From the NCBI RefSeq assembly GCF_036588685.1, contig NC_086375.1:71734001-71798000 (forward strand): a DNA stretch of 64,000 nucleotides, written 5' to 3'. The notes under the pieces are model-generated. The model did not search any database, had not been told where the DNA came from, and worked only from the letters and a program-made list of their open reading frames with translations. Within the stretch, counting starts at the first letter, position 1. Each line of letters begins with the position of its first letter. The stretch is from Mytilus trossulus (lineage: Eukaryota). This document shows, in pieces, positions 11,290 through 26,085 of this stretch. The translations under genes and the position numbers were made by a program.

Positions 11290-12516
11290 TTTTCAAAGGC
11301 ATTTGACAAAGTTAGTCATAGCCTTCTCATCCACAAACTAAATCATTATGGGATAACAGGTAAAACAAATGAGTTGATAAAGAACTTCCTCAATGATAGA
11401 ACACAATCAGTTACTGTAGTGGTGGAGGGAGAAGATCAACCTGAATAACTGTGAAGTCCGGCGTACCCCCAGTATCTGTCCTGGGACCAAGTCTTTTCCT
11501 GTTCTATCTATATAAATGACATGCCTCAGGGGATCCAATCAACTGTACGACTGTTTGCTGATGACACAATTGCGTATGTCACAATTTCATCCGATACAGA
11601 TTCAGCAAACTTTCTAAGGACCTTGACAAACTAGCTGAATGGGACACGAAATGACTCATGAAGTTCCATCCTGATAAATGTAACGTACTTACCATCTCCA
11701 AAAAGCGAACACCAGCTAAATACAGTTACACACTACATATGGCTATACTGTGCCTTGAACATGTCACAGCAGCAAAATACATGAGATGTACCATTGCATC
11801 AGATCTAAAATGGGTTCAACACATTAGCAACATCTGCTCCAAAGCAAACAATACCACCAGTTTCTTTAAAAGGAACTTAAACATCTCCAACAAGTCTATA
11901 AAAGAAAAAGCATATTATGTGTCCCTCGTCAGACCAACATTGGAATATGCTAGTTCAGTATAGGACCCGTAGCAACTAAATGATATTTTATAGGTTGGAA
12001 ATGGTCCAAAGAAGGGCAGCAAGGTATGTTAATTACTATAACAGATACCACAACACTTCATCTGTAAGTGACATGATTGAACATCTAGAATGGACTACAC
12101 TACAAGAACGAAGAAAACAGAGCAGACTGATAATAATACATATAAGCTTAATAACAACTATGATACATCAAATAAAATGATACCAAAATGAACGTCCTTC
12201 CAGGAATAACAACGAAAAAGCATTCAGAATTCCATCATCATGATCATGCAAAACAACAGTTCGGAAGGAGTTTTTCTTTCCTAGAACAATAATTAGAGAG
12301 TGGAACACCTTGCCCAACTGTAAGGTCTCTGTCCCGATTCCTGATTCTTTCAACATGTTTAAAATTAAATTGACGTGTTTTTATTTGCACCTCTATATAC
12401 ATTCCACCTTGTTTTTTTTTGTTTTTTTTAAATTAAAAAATGTATGCATGCGCGCACTCCATAAATGTGACAGGATAGTCAACCAGTTGACGGTCGTCGC
12501 TTACTGGAAGAAGAAG
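11290..12516 (+). mobile_element. 5'-truncated non-LTR retrotransposon (CR1/L2-group) RT pseudogene
   Basis: FSKAFDKVSH, SGVP..SVLGPSLFL..INDMP, LFADDT, KFHPDKC, LVRPTLEYAS and LEMVQRRAAR with stops and frameshifts. Ends in a GAAGAAGAAG tail followed by (TA)n. Confidence 0.85.
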
Positions 12517-13469
12517 CTAGTTATATATATATATATATATATATATGTTGTGTTAGGCTCTGATCCTGTCCATAACGTTATAGTATAATATTAGTTTTCT
12601 GTTTTACTTTTTCCAATCATATTGTGTTTTAAAATGATACCCTTTATGAGTTCCTGGTTAGATCAGGGACGTATATAATTAGATTAATAAAAATTCTTCT
12701 TATATAATTCAATGTTGTTCAATAGAACAATAAATATTTTTTTAATGAGGTTATCTCTAACATATTTATGGGATGAACATTTTAACATTGTTGCAGCAAA
12801 GACATACATATATATCCTCTGCTTTTGGTATTTTCATATATCTCCAGCAAGTGAATTTAATTTAATACCTTATATGTATTTGGCCAAAACTTTTAGGAAT
12901 TTTGGTCCTCAATGCTCTTCAACAACGTACTTTATTTGGGCTTTGGCCTTTTTAATTTTTTTCGATTCGAGCGTCATTGATGAGTCTTTTGAAGGCGAAA
13001 CGCGCGTCAGGCGTATACTAAATTGAGTCCTGGTATCTATGATGAGTGTATTTACATATTAAATGTTGAACTATCCGGCACTTTGGGATTTGCATTGATC
13101 ATAGATTCTACCACTGCATTGAGTGTGGTAAGGCATTTCTCCACTGAATGATTAAATATTTAAATTGAAAATACAAGGCTCTTTTAAAACGTTCTGGTAA
13201 AAAAAATAACCGGAATGATGACTGAAAATCACCGCGGGATCATTCCTGTGTTGTTTGAATTTTAGTCATGCTTTGGGTATTTAGATGGATTAAGCGACAG
13301 GGGACATAACTTTTTGCATTTTCGTTATGACCTATATTTTTCTGATTTGACAATAAAAAAAACAATGCAATAGGCCTAAAACATATAAATTTCAAGAGAA
13401 CTAAGCATGCTTTACCGTGGATGCACACTTCTTCAGTGAGCTGAGTTCTGTTTTCGTTTCAAGTGTGAA

Positions 13470-13512
13470 GGAAGTGACGTCACTGCAACATACATACACG
13501 AGTCCGCCATTG
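13470..13512 (+). promoter_or_regulatory. ARGLU1 proximal promoter: overlapping ETS-CRE element plus YY1-like site
   Basis: GGAAGTGACGTCACT at 13470-13484 and CCGCCATTG at 13504-13512, 50-95 nt upstream of the ATG. Confidence 0.6.
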
Positions 13513-13562
13513 TGGCTACAAAGACGATGATTACCATAAGTTAAAATAAATTATATATCGAC

Positions 13563-13928
13563 ATGCCTAGATCAAGAAGCCGAAGTAGAAGTCGTGCAGA
13601 AAGCATAACTAGACAAAAGCACAGAAGCAAGCACAAGAAGAAGCGTTCAAGGTCTAGTTCAAGATCTCGAGCATACAGAAATCATCGCTCTAGATCACGA
13701 GATAGAAAACGAAGACACGAACGGTAAATGTGGGGTTTTAAAACAAATATGACAGACTTGCATAGCACAAATTCGTCGAAAATAGCATCCGAGTATGTCT
13801 GCACATAAATAGCCATGGTATGCTAGCCTAAGGGCTGTTCCAAAAGTAAATAAATGGTGGGGGGGGGACTGATAGTCCAAATAATGATGACGTTTTGAAA
13901 GGCTAAGGGGACGACCATTTGATATTCT

Positions 13929-13959
<31 letters not shown>

Positions 13960-16900
13960 GAGGATTTTGAAAATAAATAACTCAGCCTTGATAATCACAA
14001 AAATAAATGGTTTGTTCTTTGGTAGTTTGAAAATAAATTACCTGACTTGCAATGTATTGAAAATAAATAACTTAGCAGGTCTTTAGCTTCTTGGGCATTC
14101 AGCGGTTCAAAAACCCTTCAAAAAAATTTTTGCCTCGCTCCGCTTGGCAACTTATCTTTTACAATATACTTTTGAAAGAGGCTAGGTAAAATCAAACTTT
14201 GATACTATGTATGTATATAATACATGTATATTCATATTGGTTGGGAATATAAATTATTCATTTCGTGAAGAAAAGTATAAAATACTTAATCTAATTATAC
14301 CAATTGTCTTTTATATATCGTCGCTGTTATGCAAAAACCTCGTATCTCAATTTTTTGCGGAAATCTTTTTATCGATTATTAAGAATTAAATATGTATGTT
14401 CCACTGAATGCGAAAATATCTGATCTTCTAACCAAACATTAACCCGAATTCTGACAAGTGACGAAAAAAGTGTAGTCGGATTGGTGAGACATTTTGTTGT
14501 GCGAAAATATCATATCTCAAAAGAAAAAAAAGATGGCACTAGCAGCTGAGATTATAACAGGTACAGTTTTGTCAATTTTTTGTCTAATATAATATGTATA
14601 GCTTAGAAATAATGAAAAGCTTTGAAAATACAATATAGGTGCAGAAATTTTTGCTCGCCTTGGTAATTGATTGGTTAGAAGATACGATATTTTTGCATAC
14701 ATTGGAACATAAATATTTAATTCTAAATAATCGATAAAAAAAAATCAGTTTTTATTGCCTGGTGTAAAATTATGAAAAGCTTAGATACGAGGTTTTTGCA
14801 TAACAGCGACGATATACTATGTATTTGTGTTTCGTTTGTCCTGTTGCGCTATGTATTATCTTAATATGTTTGTATATATTGTCCTCTTGTACACAAGTAT
14901 GTGTCTGAGGTTATGAATAAAATCTTAAATCTTAAAATTTCTGCAAGGGATAATGATTAATTTTGATTAAATGGTACACAATAACTTGACTATACATGTA
15001 TTATTCATAATTAACAAATATTTTAAAATTTGTATGTTTTCGAAAATCATAAATAAAGTTGTGAAAATGAATAATCAGTCCCTTGCTTTAATGAAAATGA
15101 AAAATCTTGCTTCAATAGTGCAGAAAATGAATAATCTGTCCTCCCAGTTCACAAAAATAAATAACCGATCAAAAACCAATCCTCCTGGCCCCCCCCAGAA
15201 AATCAAATGGTCGTCCCCTAAGAAAAATAAATAAAATATAACAGTGTTTCAAGACATCAAAACTATTTGGACTAGGCCTAGGGGGGGAGGCAACTTTTAT
15301 TGTCAGTGTCTGCAAGGGTAACACATATGACCGAATAACACTTTGTCTTTGAAATTTTAATATTACTTATTAGCACATATTGGTGACTAAACATTAATTT
15401 AAGGCAGGCATTGCTTGTGAATGGGAACAAAGTTTGTATGAATATTTTTTTTTAACTTACAAATACATATGAATGTATAAAAAAGAAATGGAAATTAAAT
15501 ACTGTAACGATTTTGGTTCTGTTGTAACAGAAGGGATTTTACTTGTGACATTATTTAAGTTATGACGTCATGTTCAATGTAAACAAAGAAATGCAATGCA
15601 TCAGGTAATGTTAAACCATATCAAAGACAAAGAATTATTAAAAATAAAATATTGGTATTGTCATGATTGTGTTCCTTGAGTTCCTACATTTTACTAGACT
15701 ATTCAAAGTCTCACAAGAAAGAGACCGGAGGAAGGAAGTAGATTTCTGTGTTCTGCGCAAACCCAAATTAAAAAAAGCAACAACAAAATTTGAACAATTT
15801 TTGGTTTATTAGTACAATGAAAATTTTCCCAGGATTATTTTTTTTATTTTCCTACTGTAATCCGGGACTTCTTCCTCATACATGTCATATTATTAAAAAA
15901 TATTGTATTATCAATGTATTTTGTAATAACTTAAAAATGATTTAATACAGCAAGCAGATAAGTTTATAAAGATCATTTTTTATGGTTTTAAATTAAGTGT
16001 GTACCATTTCGATTTCTGTGGTCACCACACTAAATTTTAAATGCTTTTTTATGAACTTATCTGCTTTCTGTTTATCATGTTTATTATTTCCAAGTTTTAA
16101 AATACATCGATATTATTTAATAAACTATAAATTAATAATCAATGTTTAAAAGTCACCTGACACCAATATGTGTTTATATTAAAATTTCAAGAGTTATTCA
16201 GTCATTACAAGTGTTACTTGGATATTAACAGTGTTATTCAGTCATTCAGAGTATTGATGTCTGCACATACTCACATGCTGTACATGTATGTGCATGATGT
16301 GTAGCCAAATTGACCTTCGTAGGCTACACATACCCGGGCATAACCTATTTTAAAATAAACTGTCACATAATTGGGAATGTAACGGAAAGATACATAAAAA
16401 TTATTATTGCACATTAAAAGAATATAATTATATGAAAAAATAAATATGTGTTAATAAAAACTTCAGTGTACCTTTCACGTTTCATTCCTGATCATATGAC
16501 AATTTATTATAAAATTGGTTGTGGGTAGCTGTGCAAAACCAATTTTTAGAACCATAATCAGCCTTCAAAAATGTAACATACAGACAGACTAAAAAGAAAA
16601 AAAGATTTCACACCTTTTTGTTGCAGTACCTTCATCATGTAGGTCATTGTAATAACTACCAAACACAAAAACTTTTCAATTCCTTCCATATCATCAAATG
16701 CATGCAGACTTCTCCTGGCATCTAAATACAATACAATACAATATTTTTAAGTCAATCAAGGACTCGCTAAGAGAGCAGTATAAATTAATTACAAACAATT
16801 TATTACAATTCTTATTACATCATGTACATTGTATTATTAATTCTGAATGATATATACATTTAATGACAAAATAAAGAATAAAGAAAATAAACACAAATGA

Positions 16901-19900
16901 AAAATGAAAACCCCAGATATTTATATATATTCAACATATAAAAACTGCTACACATTTCGAAGTTCCTGTTGCTATAGTAACACACCATGAAACTTTCTTA
17001 AAATGACATAAAGCTTTATTTCTTCCCTAACACCCTGTATATTTTTCGAAGAACAATTGACACCTACTGTTCTCTACCAAATAAAACAATATATTTTAGT
17101 TGAAAATTGTTTTATATTTTAGAACCAAACGTTCTTTGTCATCAAGTAGTTCTAGCAGTGATGATGAGCTGATATTAAGGGCCAAGAGACGGGAAGAGGA
17201 AGAGAAGAAATTGGAATTAGAAAGACAAAGATTACAGTTAGTTTCACCATTTTTTTTTATTATAAAATCTTTATTTAAAAAAAACATTTAACAGATTAAT
17301 GTGTAATTATCATTAGGATTCATGTTTATGTTTTTACCTAAAATCCTAAATAATTTTATGAATAGGTTACACCTTTAAGTATATATGCAATTTTTTTTCT
17401 GGTTTTCTATCTTAATTATCAGGCTTATATTACTGTTTTATTGTCATGATTGTTCTAGATATCTACTTGAAATGTCATATTTTCTTGTTATCATTTTTAT
17501 CATATGTATGCACCAGTTTTAATGTCAAGTTAAAAGAAATATATATCTGTTCTAGTTGGACCTGTCTCGATGTCTGAGTACATGCAGGTGTTAGTGTGTC
17601 AACCCCTTATTTTCAAGTTTTACTGTATTCTTAATTGTCTAATTAATATATGATGTACATATCTGTTAATTGTTATAGGAAACAAAAAGAACTTGAAGAA
17701 AAACTGATTGAGGAAGAAGTAGCTCGTAGAGTTGAAGAATTGGTCTCTAAAAGGGTAGAAGAAGAGTTAGAAAAACGTAAAGATGAAATCGAGGCTGAGG
17801 TTAAGAGGAGGGTCGAAGAGGCAAAAAGGATCATGGAGGCTCAAATGTTGGAGGAATTGGAACGACAAAGAGAAACAGAAATAGAAAACCAACGAAAGTT
17901 GGAGGTATGGGTAAACCTGATTGGATATATATTTCAGCTGCCATATACCCTGGTTGTGGGGGGAGGGCAGCATTACCTTTAAAACCGCTTAAAACATACA
18001 AAATTTTCTCTAAACTATTTTAAAACAAAAGTTAGAATTATCTTTGGTTAAGTTTGATTAATTTGTAAAGGATATGCTGCAAGCCTTGGTCCTTAAATAT
18101 TTAAAGAAAGAAATGCAGATTTGTTGATTATACGTTTTTCCCTGAAAAATTTTCTAGTGTTTTTTATTTAATATTTGTAAAGTATTAAAGTATGTTAAAT
18201 TTAAGTAACCAGTTCTAACTTTAAAGCTATTCCATTTGAATAATATTTAGAAAAACCTGTATTAGAAGCTTTCTATGCCCATTTCCTCACCAATAGTTGC
18301 ATTTAACAGCTATTGAATATTGCTGCTTTATAGTGCATGACATGGTCTTTCTTCTAAATGTATATGTAATAAGCGTTAAAAGTTATATAACTTGGATAAA
18401 CAATCAATTACATTAAAAACAGGGATAAAATAAGACATACCATTTAGTTAAATGTAACCCTAAAATTTAAGTCAAGATGTTTTTTAATGAACAATTTTAT
18501 TGAAGTTATGTGGTATCCCAACTAATTGACAACCTGTAGAATTTTCATGTTTTGTTATCAAAAAGTAAATATTTTGGGAAATTATTTTCTTCTATTTACA
18601 ACATTTGTAATGCATGACATTTATTTATCAAGATATTTATATTTAGACATCAAATATTTTGTTTATGCCTACTTCATGCCCATACCTTCGATACACATAT
18701 AGGAACCCAAGAGCAATTAATTCTGCACTTTCATGATATATATGAACAAATCTGCATTAAAGTCCATGAACAAATGTTAAGATCTGTGATAATTCTGATG
18801 CCAAGTTTATTGTTTTTATGCAGTTTTAAAAAAAAAAATATATATAAAGTCTGTTTGATAAAACAATTTGTATAAACATCTTTAGAAATAACTCCTGAGT
18901 TGATTTTTTTTAAAGAAATGATAGATATTTTGAACTGCAATATAATTGTTAACTTCCACAATTTCAGTAATTATTTTTATTGATTTATCAGAAATTATTG
19001 CAAAAGAAAGTAAAAAACCTTGTTTTGTGCATTTTTCAGAAGTATTTTTGATTTGCACCTCTGACTTTAGATTTTGTCAGTGGATATGAAATGCACAAAA
19101 CAAGGTATGAGTGGAATAGAGAGATAACAATACAAGTATTTGACATTTCTTGGCATCTGAACACTATAAATAAATCCAAAACAAAACTGCATGAAGATAG
19201 ACATTTGTGTACATGTATCATTTATTTCAGGAAGTTTGTAAAATTATATTACATGAATATGGAACAAAATATTTATATGGAAATCCCATTTTGGAAGTTT
19301 GTTTTAGGTCAAAGCTGTTTGTTTTTACAGAATTCAGGAAAATATTGGATAAAACTATATGCAAGTATTGAAATGTTTTCTTCCATCTTTCACTGTGATG
19401 TGGTTTTTGCTGTACATGTATATCCCTAGGTCCTTTAAATTAAAAACATTTAAACAATACTTATAAACAGACCATAAAATTGAGAAAGGAAATGGTGAAT
19501 ATGTCAATGTATGATTGATAAGTAAATTAAAAGGTCAAAATCTGTTGGCATCAAATTCTGTGAATTACTGCCGTTTTTTCAACAACAAAAATCTGCCAAT
19601 AGTGTTTATAATAAATTTATTTTACTGAATACTTCAAGTTCTTTTATAATTTTGTTTCATAAACACTCTGAGTAGTGTCTGAAATAACTTTTTATTTTAT
19701 TCTGCAATTCCTATATTTATTCAGGCTTCATTTTTTGTAGGATAGAAAAGCATTCTGATCCCCATACATGTACATTTAGTTCTTGGATATCCTTAATGAT
19801 ATACACCCTTTTTAGAGAATCGTGCATTAAACAGTAAAAACCACATGTTACTCCTGTGCAATTAAAATATATAGTATAAATACATATGTTCTTACCAAAG

Positions 19901-22003
19901 TCTAATAGATAGTTGATTAAACCAATGTTTGTTTTATGGGAAGCCCATTGAAGGTAGGGAATGCAGACTTTTGATGTAGGTTGGAAAGAAAACTTTCAAC
20001 TTTCAAATATGGTATTGGCTATGCCATGATTTTCTGTGATTAAAATTCTGCTAGTGAAAATGAAAGATGACATTTTTATCAAAAAGTGCTTCTTATAATG
20101 ATATTTTTGATCTACGAGAGACTTTTTTTTGGTGTAAGAAAAAGAATATGTACTTTTTATGTAAAAACATTTAAAAAAAAATGTACATATGATTGTTGTT
20201 TGGATAAACTTGGAAGTCACACGGTAAGGGACCATGTTTGGTAAAGTGAAGAGCAAAAAGAAACGGAAGAATGTGAATAAATCCCACGGAGAACGTAAGT
20301 GTGTGGAAGGCAATATCAAACATTGTCCAACAATATCAATGTTTGATGCTGCTTCAACTAACATAATGTATTACGTTTTATTTCAGTTTTACCATCAAAT
20401 GATCCAAACAACATAAACAAGGGAAAATATGGTGAAATATTTGTATAACATTATGAATTGTTGTCTGATGGGCATCAATAAAGTTTGGTTCTTTGTATTA
20501 AATGTTTGTTTAGAATTTCATCAAATATATGCTTTATATACACTAAATAGTAAGACATTTGCTTTTCAAAAGAAAAAAAATCTATTTAAATGATAATCTG
20601 AATATTGATTACATGATAGAAAAATCGAATTTTATTTTAAGTTGATCATCTACTTCATACATGTATATTTTTCTGTAGGGTTTTTCATCTGCTAATAATG
20701 TTATTTTTTTATTATAGAGAGTTAATCCATAAAAACTACAGCTCTGCAAGTGTTTAACACAAAAATTCATATTGATTTATATTTTTGTAGGAAGAAGAAA
20801 GGCTGAAACGAAAAGAACTTGAAAAAATTATGGTAGACAATAATAAAAAGATAGAAGAAGCACAAAAGAAACTTGTAAGTTGTGCATGTAGTATAAACTA
20901 ATAGTCTTTTCTGGTAGGTCATCTGTTTACTTTGAAATAAAAACTCTTAAAGTGTTTTGACAGTTCTCATATATCATATTTATTGGAAGGATGTTTTGAT
21001 TTGTTGTACAATGATGCTGCCATATTGTTTCAATGATGTTTTACACCTTATGAAGGACTTTCCAAAATACATGAATATGGGTTATTGTGCTTCTAAAAAC
21101 AGATCACATAGCAAATCATGTTTATATGAAGCCTGATAACAAATTGCAAAAGCTCTTATTTGTATATGTAGTTTCATAGACAAATGCAATGAAAATTTTG
21201 CAGAGCTGAGGATCAATAAATCTAAAACCTCGTCACACAAAGCAATTTAGGTTCTTAGAAAAATGACATGGAATTTCATGGGTTTTACCATGAGTAGACT
21301 TTATACTTTAAAATATTAAATTGATATAATCTCAAAATGCAACACTAAATAGCAAATTCATTTATTTTGCAAAGCTCAACAATTAAATTTTCAATTGTAT
21401 TGTTAAATCTTTTTATATGAATGCTTTATTCAAGGGTATAAGACATGGTGTAATTTGTTATTTTCAGATAACAGTAACTTTTTTTATACTATGGTTATTA
21501 CTCGATTTATTTCACTTGACTGGGCAGAGTTTAACCGGTTCGCTCATAATAAACCAGTCCATCTATAGATAGGTGTATTAGGATAAACTCATCAATGAAG
21601 TGTCCAGTAATTCTTTTGTAAATTCCTTTGATGACACTGATAGGTGATTAGAAATCAGTAATAATTATAACGGCAATCATCCTCATCACACACATCTTCA
21701 AATAGACTGTCCTTATGCAAATTAAAACCTAGCTCTGCCCGATCAGTTGAAATAACATTGGTAATAGTGATTACCAAATGATTAAAGTGTCTATATATGA
21801 CTGATCTTATACATATATACTTTGAATATTTTTATAAATAGGCTGAAGAACAATTGAAACTTGTTGAAGAACAGAGGAAAATGTTAGAACAAAAACAACG
21901 AATGGAAGACGAAGACCAGAAGAGAAAAAGATCTGAACAAGAAGTGATTCTCAACAAGAAAAATGCTAGACCAAAATTGTCATTTAGTCTAGGCGGGAAA
22001 TAA
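13563..22003 (+). CDS. ARGLU1: Arginine- and glutamate-rich protein 1, 248 aa. Coding exons: 13563-13723, 17123-17236, 17679-17904, 20791-20874, 21842-22003
   Basis: RS-rich N-terminus ([11 protein letters not shown]...), Glu/Arg coiled coil ([48 protein letters not shown]) and C-terminal RPKLSFSL, all characteristic of ARGLU1. GT-AG introns join in frame (747 nt). Confidence 0.95.
13907..15218. mobile_element. PIF/Harbinger-like MITE in ARGLU1 intron 1, with a nested TIR element (about 14314-14816)
   Basis: TIR GGGGACGACCATTTGAT / ATCAAATGGTCGTCCCC with TAA on both flanks. Inner inverted pair TATCGTCGCTGTTATGCAAAAACCTCGTATCT. Confidence 0.8.
21490..21770. mobile_element. Small inverted-repeat element in ARGLU1 intron 4
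   Basis: TTATTTCACTTGACTGGGCAGAG is inverted as CTCTGCCCGATCAGTTGAAATAA. Confidence 0.45.
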
Positions 22004-24229
22004 TATATAATTTAATTTAGCATTGAAATCCTGTGTGCTGTTACTGCCATGTGATAAATGATTGACCCGATGGAGGATGTGAAGAAGTTCTGTGTGCAGA
22101 TTGTTTATAGAAAATGGTGTTCAAGAATTGGGAAGATAGAGAGAGAGTGTGAGAAAATAGGAAGGATGTGAAAGAATTTTTATCATTTAATTTATAAATT
22201 TTCATAAAAAAATTATTCTTCATTTGACTTTTGATTTTTTTTTTTATGTTTCATTGTATGTGAGTGATGAAAGGAATGTCTGTCAAAGATCATCATGAGA
22301 AGGACAAGAATTGTTAATATGTAATTTTTTTAATGGATTTTAAACATTTAGAATGTATCAAGAGCCAAGAATGTTCATTCCCTCATAATCGCCAGTTCAG
22401 ACTGATTTTATTAATGAATCATGAATACTCTTTATGTCTGTTTTGGAGTGACTTATAACATGTTATATATTATGAATTATATTGTTGTACAGTATAAACA
22501 ATTCAAAAATTAGGATACCTTAAAGACAGCAGTAACTTTTGTAAAGACTGAAATGAATTTCTTAATGACTCATTTATAACACATAAAGCAGTCAGAATTA
22601 CTGCTCAAGAACACCCAGTAATAGTAATTTTAAGATATTTAACACATTTGACAATGACAAGACTATTGAATACCTTAGCTGACTTAGACTGAATAAGGAT
22701 GAAGTATGGTTTTACAGGTAAGCGGCATGACTTGAGAAAATTAACATAAAACAGGTAAGTACCAGGTAGATATTCTCTTGTACACAGGATCAACAGTGGT
22801 GAGGTCTTAAGTATTCAGTACGTACCTTTGTCCACATGTTTGTTGTAAGATTTATTTCACTCTTTTGAATTTTTAATTTCCTCTTGCACATCCCATATTT
22901 AAATTTCTTCTTATTGAGATTGAAGTAGGAAAACCATTTTAGTATTTGTTAGAATTCTACAATCAAATTCACTGCTGGATGGAATCAGTTAAATTTATAA
23001 ATCTGTCATGCATTTAAGTCAGAATTAAGGAAGTCATCAGATGAGGTTTCCCCAACTGCTTGTAAAAATCCAATCCAAGAAATGTCAAATTGTCCAGTAT
23101 ATAGTTTAGTAACACACATTTCAAATTTAATTAGGACTCTGCTCTACTGTTCAGTTCTAAAAAATAATAGCTTAGGCCACATGGACATGATGGACTACTT
23201 TATATATTAATATAGTAAGATTGCTTTCGTATGCTGAAAGCTAAAATTACATTCATATCAATTGCGTTGAAAGTAAAATAAATAAAGTTGTAGTATCTGG
23301 ATAGTTGAAAGGGTTTTGACCACATCTTACAAAATTGAAGGCAGGGATATCTGAAAGCTTAAGTGTCACCTGGATCTGTATTGTTTGTGGTTATTGTAGG
23401 TCCAAGGTAAAACCAAATTACAAGTTCTTTTTAGCAGTTTATACACTCATTTCAGATGCCAACAGTTAGGTAAATAACCTAGTAATAAGAATATGAATTA
23501 TTTGATAGACATAGCAGTTGACTATATTTGTATTATTAACTTAATTTTGGAATTGGTGCATCAATAATTAGCAATTAGCCTAATGAGTATTTCATCAAAT
23601 AGAGGGCTATCTAGGTAAACCTTATTTTGTCACAACCTGGTAATTTTCTATATAGTTTACAGTGTCAGAACACAACCATTTATCACAATATATAAAGTTC
23701 TTTACATAGAAATTTTATGGCAAAACCTTACTGATAGGTTGTGTAGAAACATAAATTTTTGCTCAGTTTTGCTGATGAATTTCATTTTTTAATCGTGTTC
23801 AACAATTTGAATATAAAATTTGAAACTTATTATTGCCATGACTAAAGTCAAGTTGGAATTTTTAAATTAAACTACCAGGGATTTTTTTACAAGACTTGTT
23901 CCATGAACAAAGTTATATATATATTGTTATATTTATACCTAATGTATGTTTACAAGAATGAATGTATTGGTTGGTACATTAAAGAGTGTAACAACGTGAA
24001 AACAGTTGTTTTCTGTGCCCTAAAAGCTAAATAATATAATGCCGTTCTTCTGATGTGTCATAAACTTTTTCAATATCAGTATTAGGTGCCCAAAACAAGC
24101 ATACATTTCTTATGAATATGGTACTTCACAATTCAAATATGTTGACTATGTTTTATATACTTCAATGGCTGATTTTATCTATACATCAACGCAAGTGGAC
24201 TTCCCTGTAAAGGGATACGGCTAACTTCT

Positions 24230-24720
24230 TTTCTATCTACATAGGAAGCTCCTTTATGAATCCAATGAAAAGAAGAATAAGTCGACAATAAGAGGAGCAC
24301 AGTTGGTGTCCTTGCAGAGCCCAATATTGTTAAAAATGTCCTCTAAGAGTGACATACATGTTGTGAATCAAAAAATCAAGCAACTTGATACTATCAATGT
24401 CAGGTTTTTTTTGTTTGAATCAGAGTAAATTTTTTACACAAAGTACAATTTATCCCGACCTAAGACAAGAAAGTTGTTTACTCAGGCCATTCTTTTTATG
24501 AAGGAAAGCAGGACCAACTCATTCAATTTTACTTTGTGTTTGGTTTAAACTTGTGACAATAAAGTGTAGAAAAGTCCAAGGTTTTAATTCTATTGAAAGA
24601 CGAAAGGGTCTTAGAATTTATTTACTCTAAAAGTTCTTTTGATTTTTTTTTAATATCCAAATCTGATTCAAACTCCCTCTGGAACAGGTATAACAACTGT
24701 AAGTTTGAAGCACGACTGGT
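24230..24720 (-). mobile_element. Highly decayed Penelope-like RT fragment
   Basis: The minus strand reads TNCAPLIVDLFFF (PLE RT motif MGTNCAP.LADLFL). Confidence 0.55.
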
Positions 24721-25599
24721 TTCAGGGGAGACCTAGGCCAAACTAGCAAATATAACGCTATCTGTTAGGACACTTGGGTAGTTATGTTATTCAAAAAATG
24801 GATGAAAATCCAGCTCTCATCTTTGGTTGAAATTCAAAAGGATCATAGGACAGAGCTATGATTATATAGAATTTCCTACTTAGTGTCATTGGAGTATATG
24901 TTGAGTTTACAAGTGAATCGTCAATACCCAATACATAGTTATCAAAGGTACCAGGATTATAAATTAGTACGCCAGACGCGGGTTTTGCCTACAATAGACT
25001 CATCAGTGACGCTCATATCAAAATATTTATAAAGCCAAACAAGTACAAAGATGAAGAGCATTGAGGATCCAAAATTCCAAAAAGTTGTGTTTATATAATG
25101 TGATTTACAAAAAGATGTTGTTAGGACCTTAATCTGCAGGTATAACGACTTATGTGTCATGGAGGAAAGCCAATAAGTTGCAACATTTGGGTCTTTTAAA
25201 GAATGATATAATAGGTTTTCATATACCAATTCAGTTTGTTTATGACTGCCAACATTTGTTAAGTTCGTGTGATACTATGGTGTCGTCATCTAAAGGCACA
25301 TTTGGTTTCAAGACAATAATTAAGTATAAGTGCATGGATCTCTATGAAATTAACTATATGGTTCAATACAACAAAAGGAAGGTCGGTATTTTTTTTGGGG
25401 TGATTGTCCCAACTCTTTTGGAATTAAGTGCCCAAAACAAGCATATTTCTATTCTAGTTTCGGTACAATAACTTTTGTAAGAATATTTTGATTGCTCTGA
25501 AATTGTACCAAAGGGTCAATACCACGAGTAGAAGGTTTTGGAGGAATTACGCAAACCCTCTCCAAAGCTTTTCATGGGTTGGAGTCATGATGAGTAAAA

Positions 25600-26085
25600 A
25601 TAAACTTCTTATAGTTACCAGGATTAAATTTAATATTTACGCCAGACGTGCGTTTCATCTACAAAAGAATCATCAGTGACGCTCGAATCCCTAAAATATT
25701 TAAAAGGCCAAATAAAGTACGAAATTGAAGAGCATTGAGAACCAAAATTCCTAAAAGATTGGCCAAAACACAGCTAAGGTAATCTATTCCTCCGGTAGAA
25801 AAACCTTTTGAAAGCCTTAGTATTTCAAAAGTTTTGTAAGAGTTTATTCTTTTTTTTATAAATATGACCATATCAATGATAGTTCATGTCGGAAGTGCTG
25901 ACCACTTGGCTGGTGATTCCCTCCGGGAATAAAAACTCCCCCAGCATTGTCATCGACCTAGTGGTTGTAAATAAGCTCACCATGATTACATTTAGTATTT
26001 ACGCCAGACGCGCCAAGACTCATCAGTGACGCTCGAATCCTCAAAAAGTTAAAAAAAATAAAGTGCGAATTTGAAGAGCATTCAT
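25600..26085 (-). mobile_element. Retrozyme-like tandem unit (362-nt period) with two degenerate hammerheads
   Basis: TTTACGCCAGACG recurs near 25640 and 26002. Additional partial copies at 24935-25090(-) and 12870-13055(+). Confidence 0.7.

Noticed and set aside
13929-13956. Long poly-G run as a G-quadruplex regulator
   Set aside because: It is an expanded homopolymer inside a MITE terminal repeat and may be of unreliable length.
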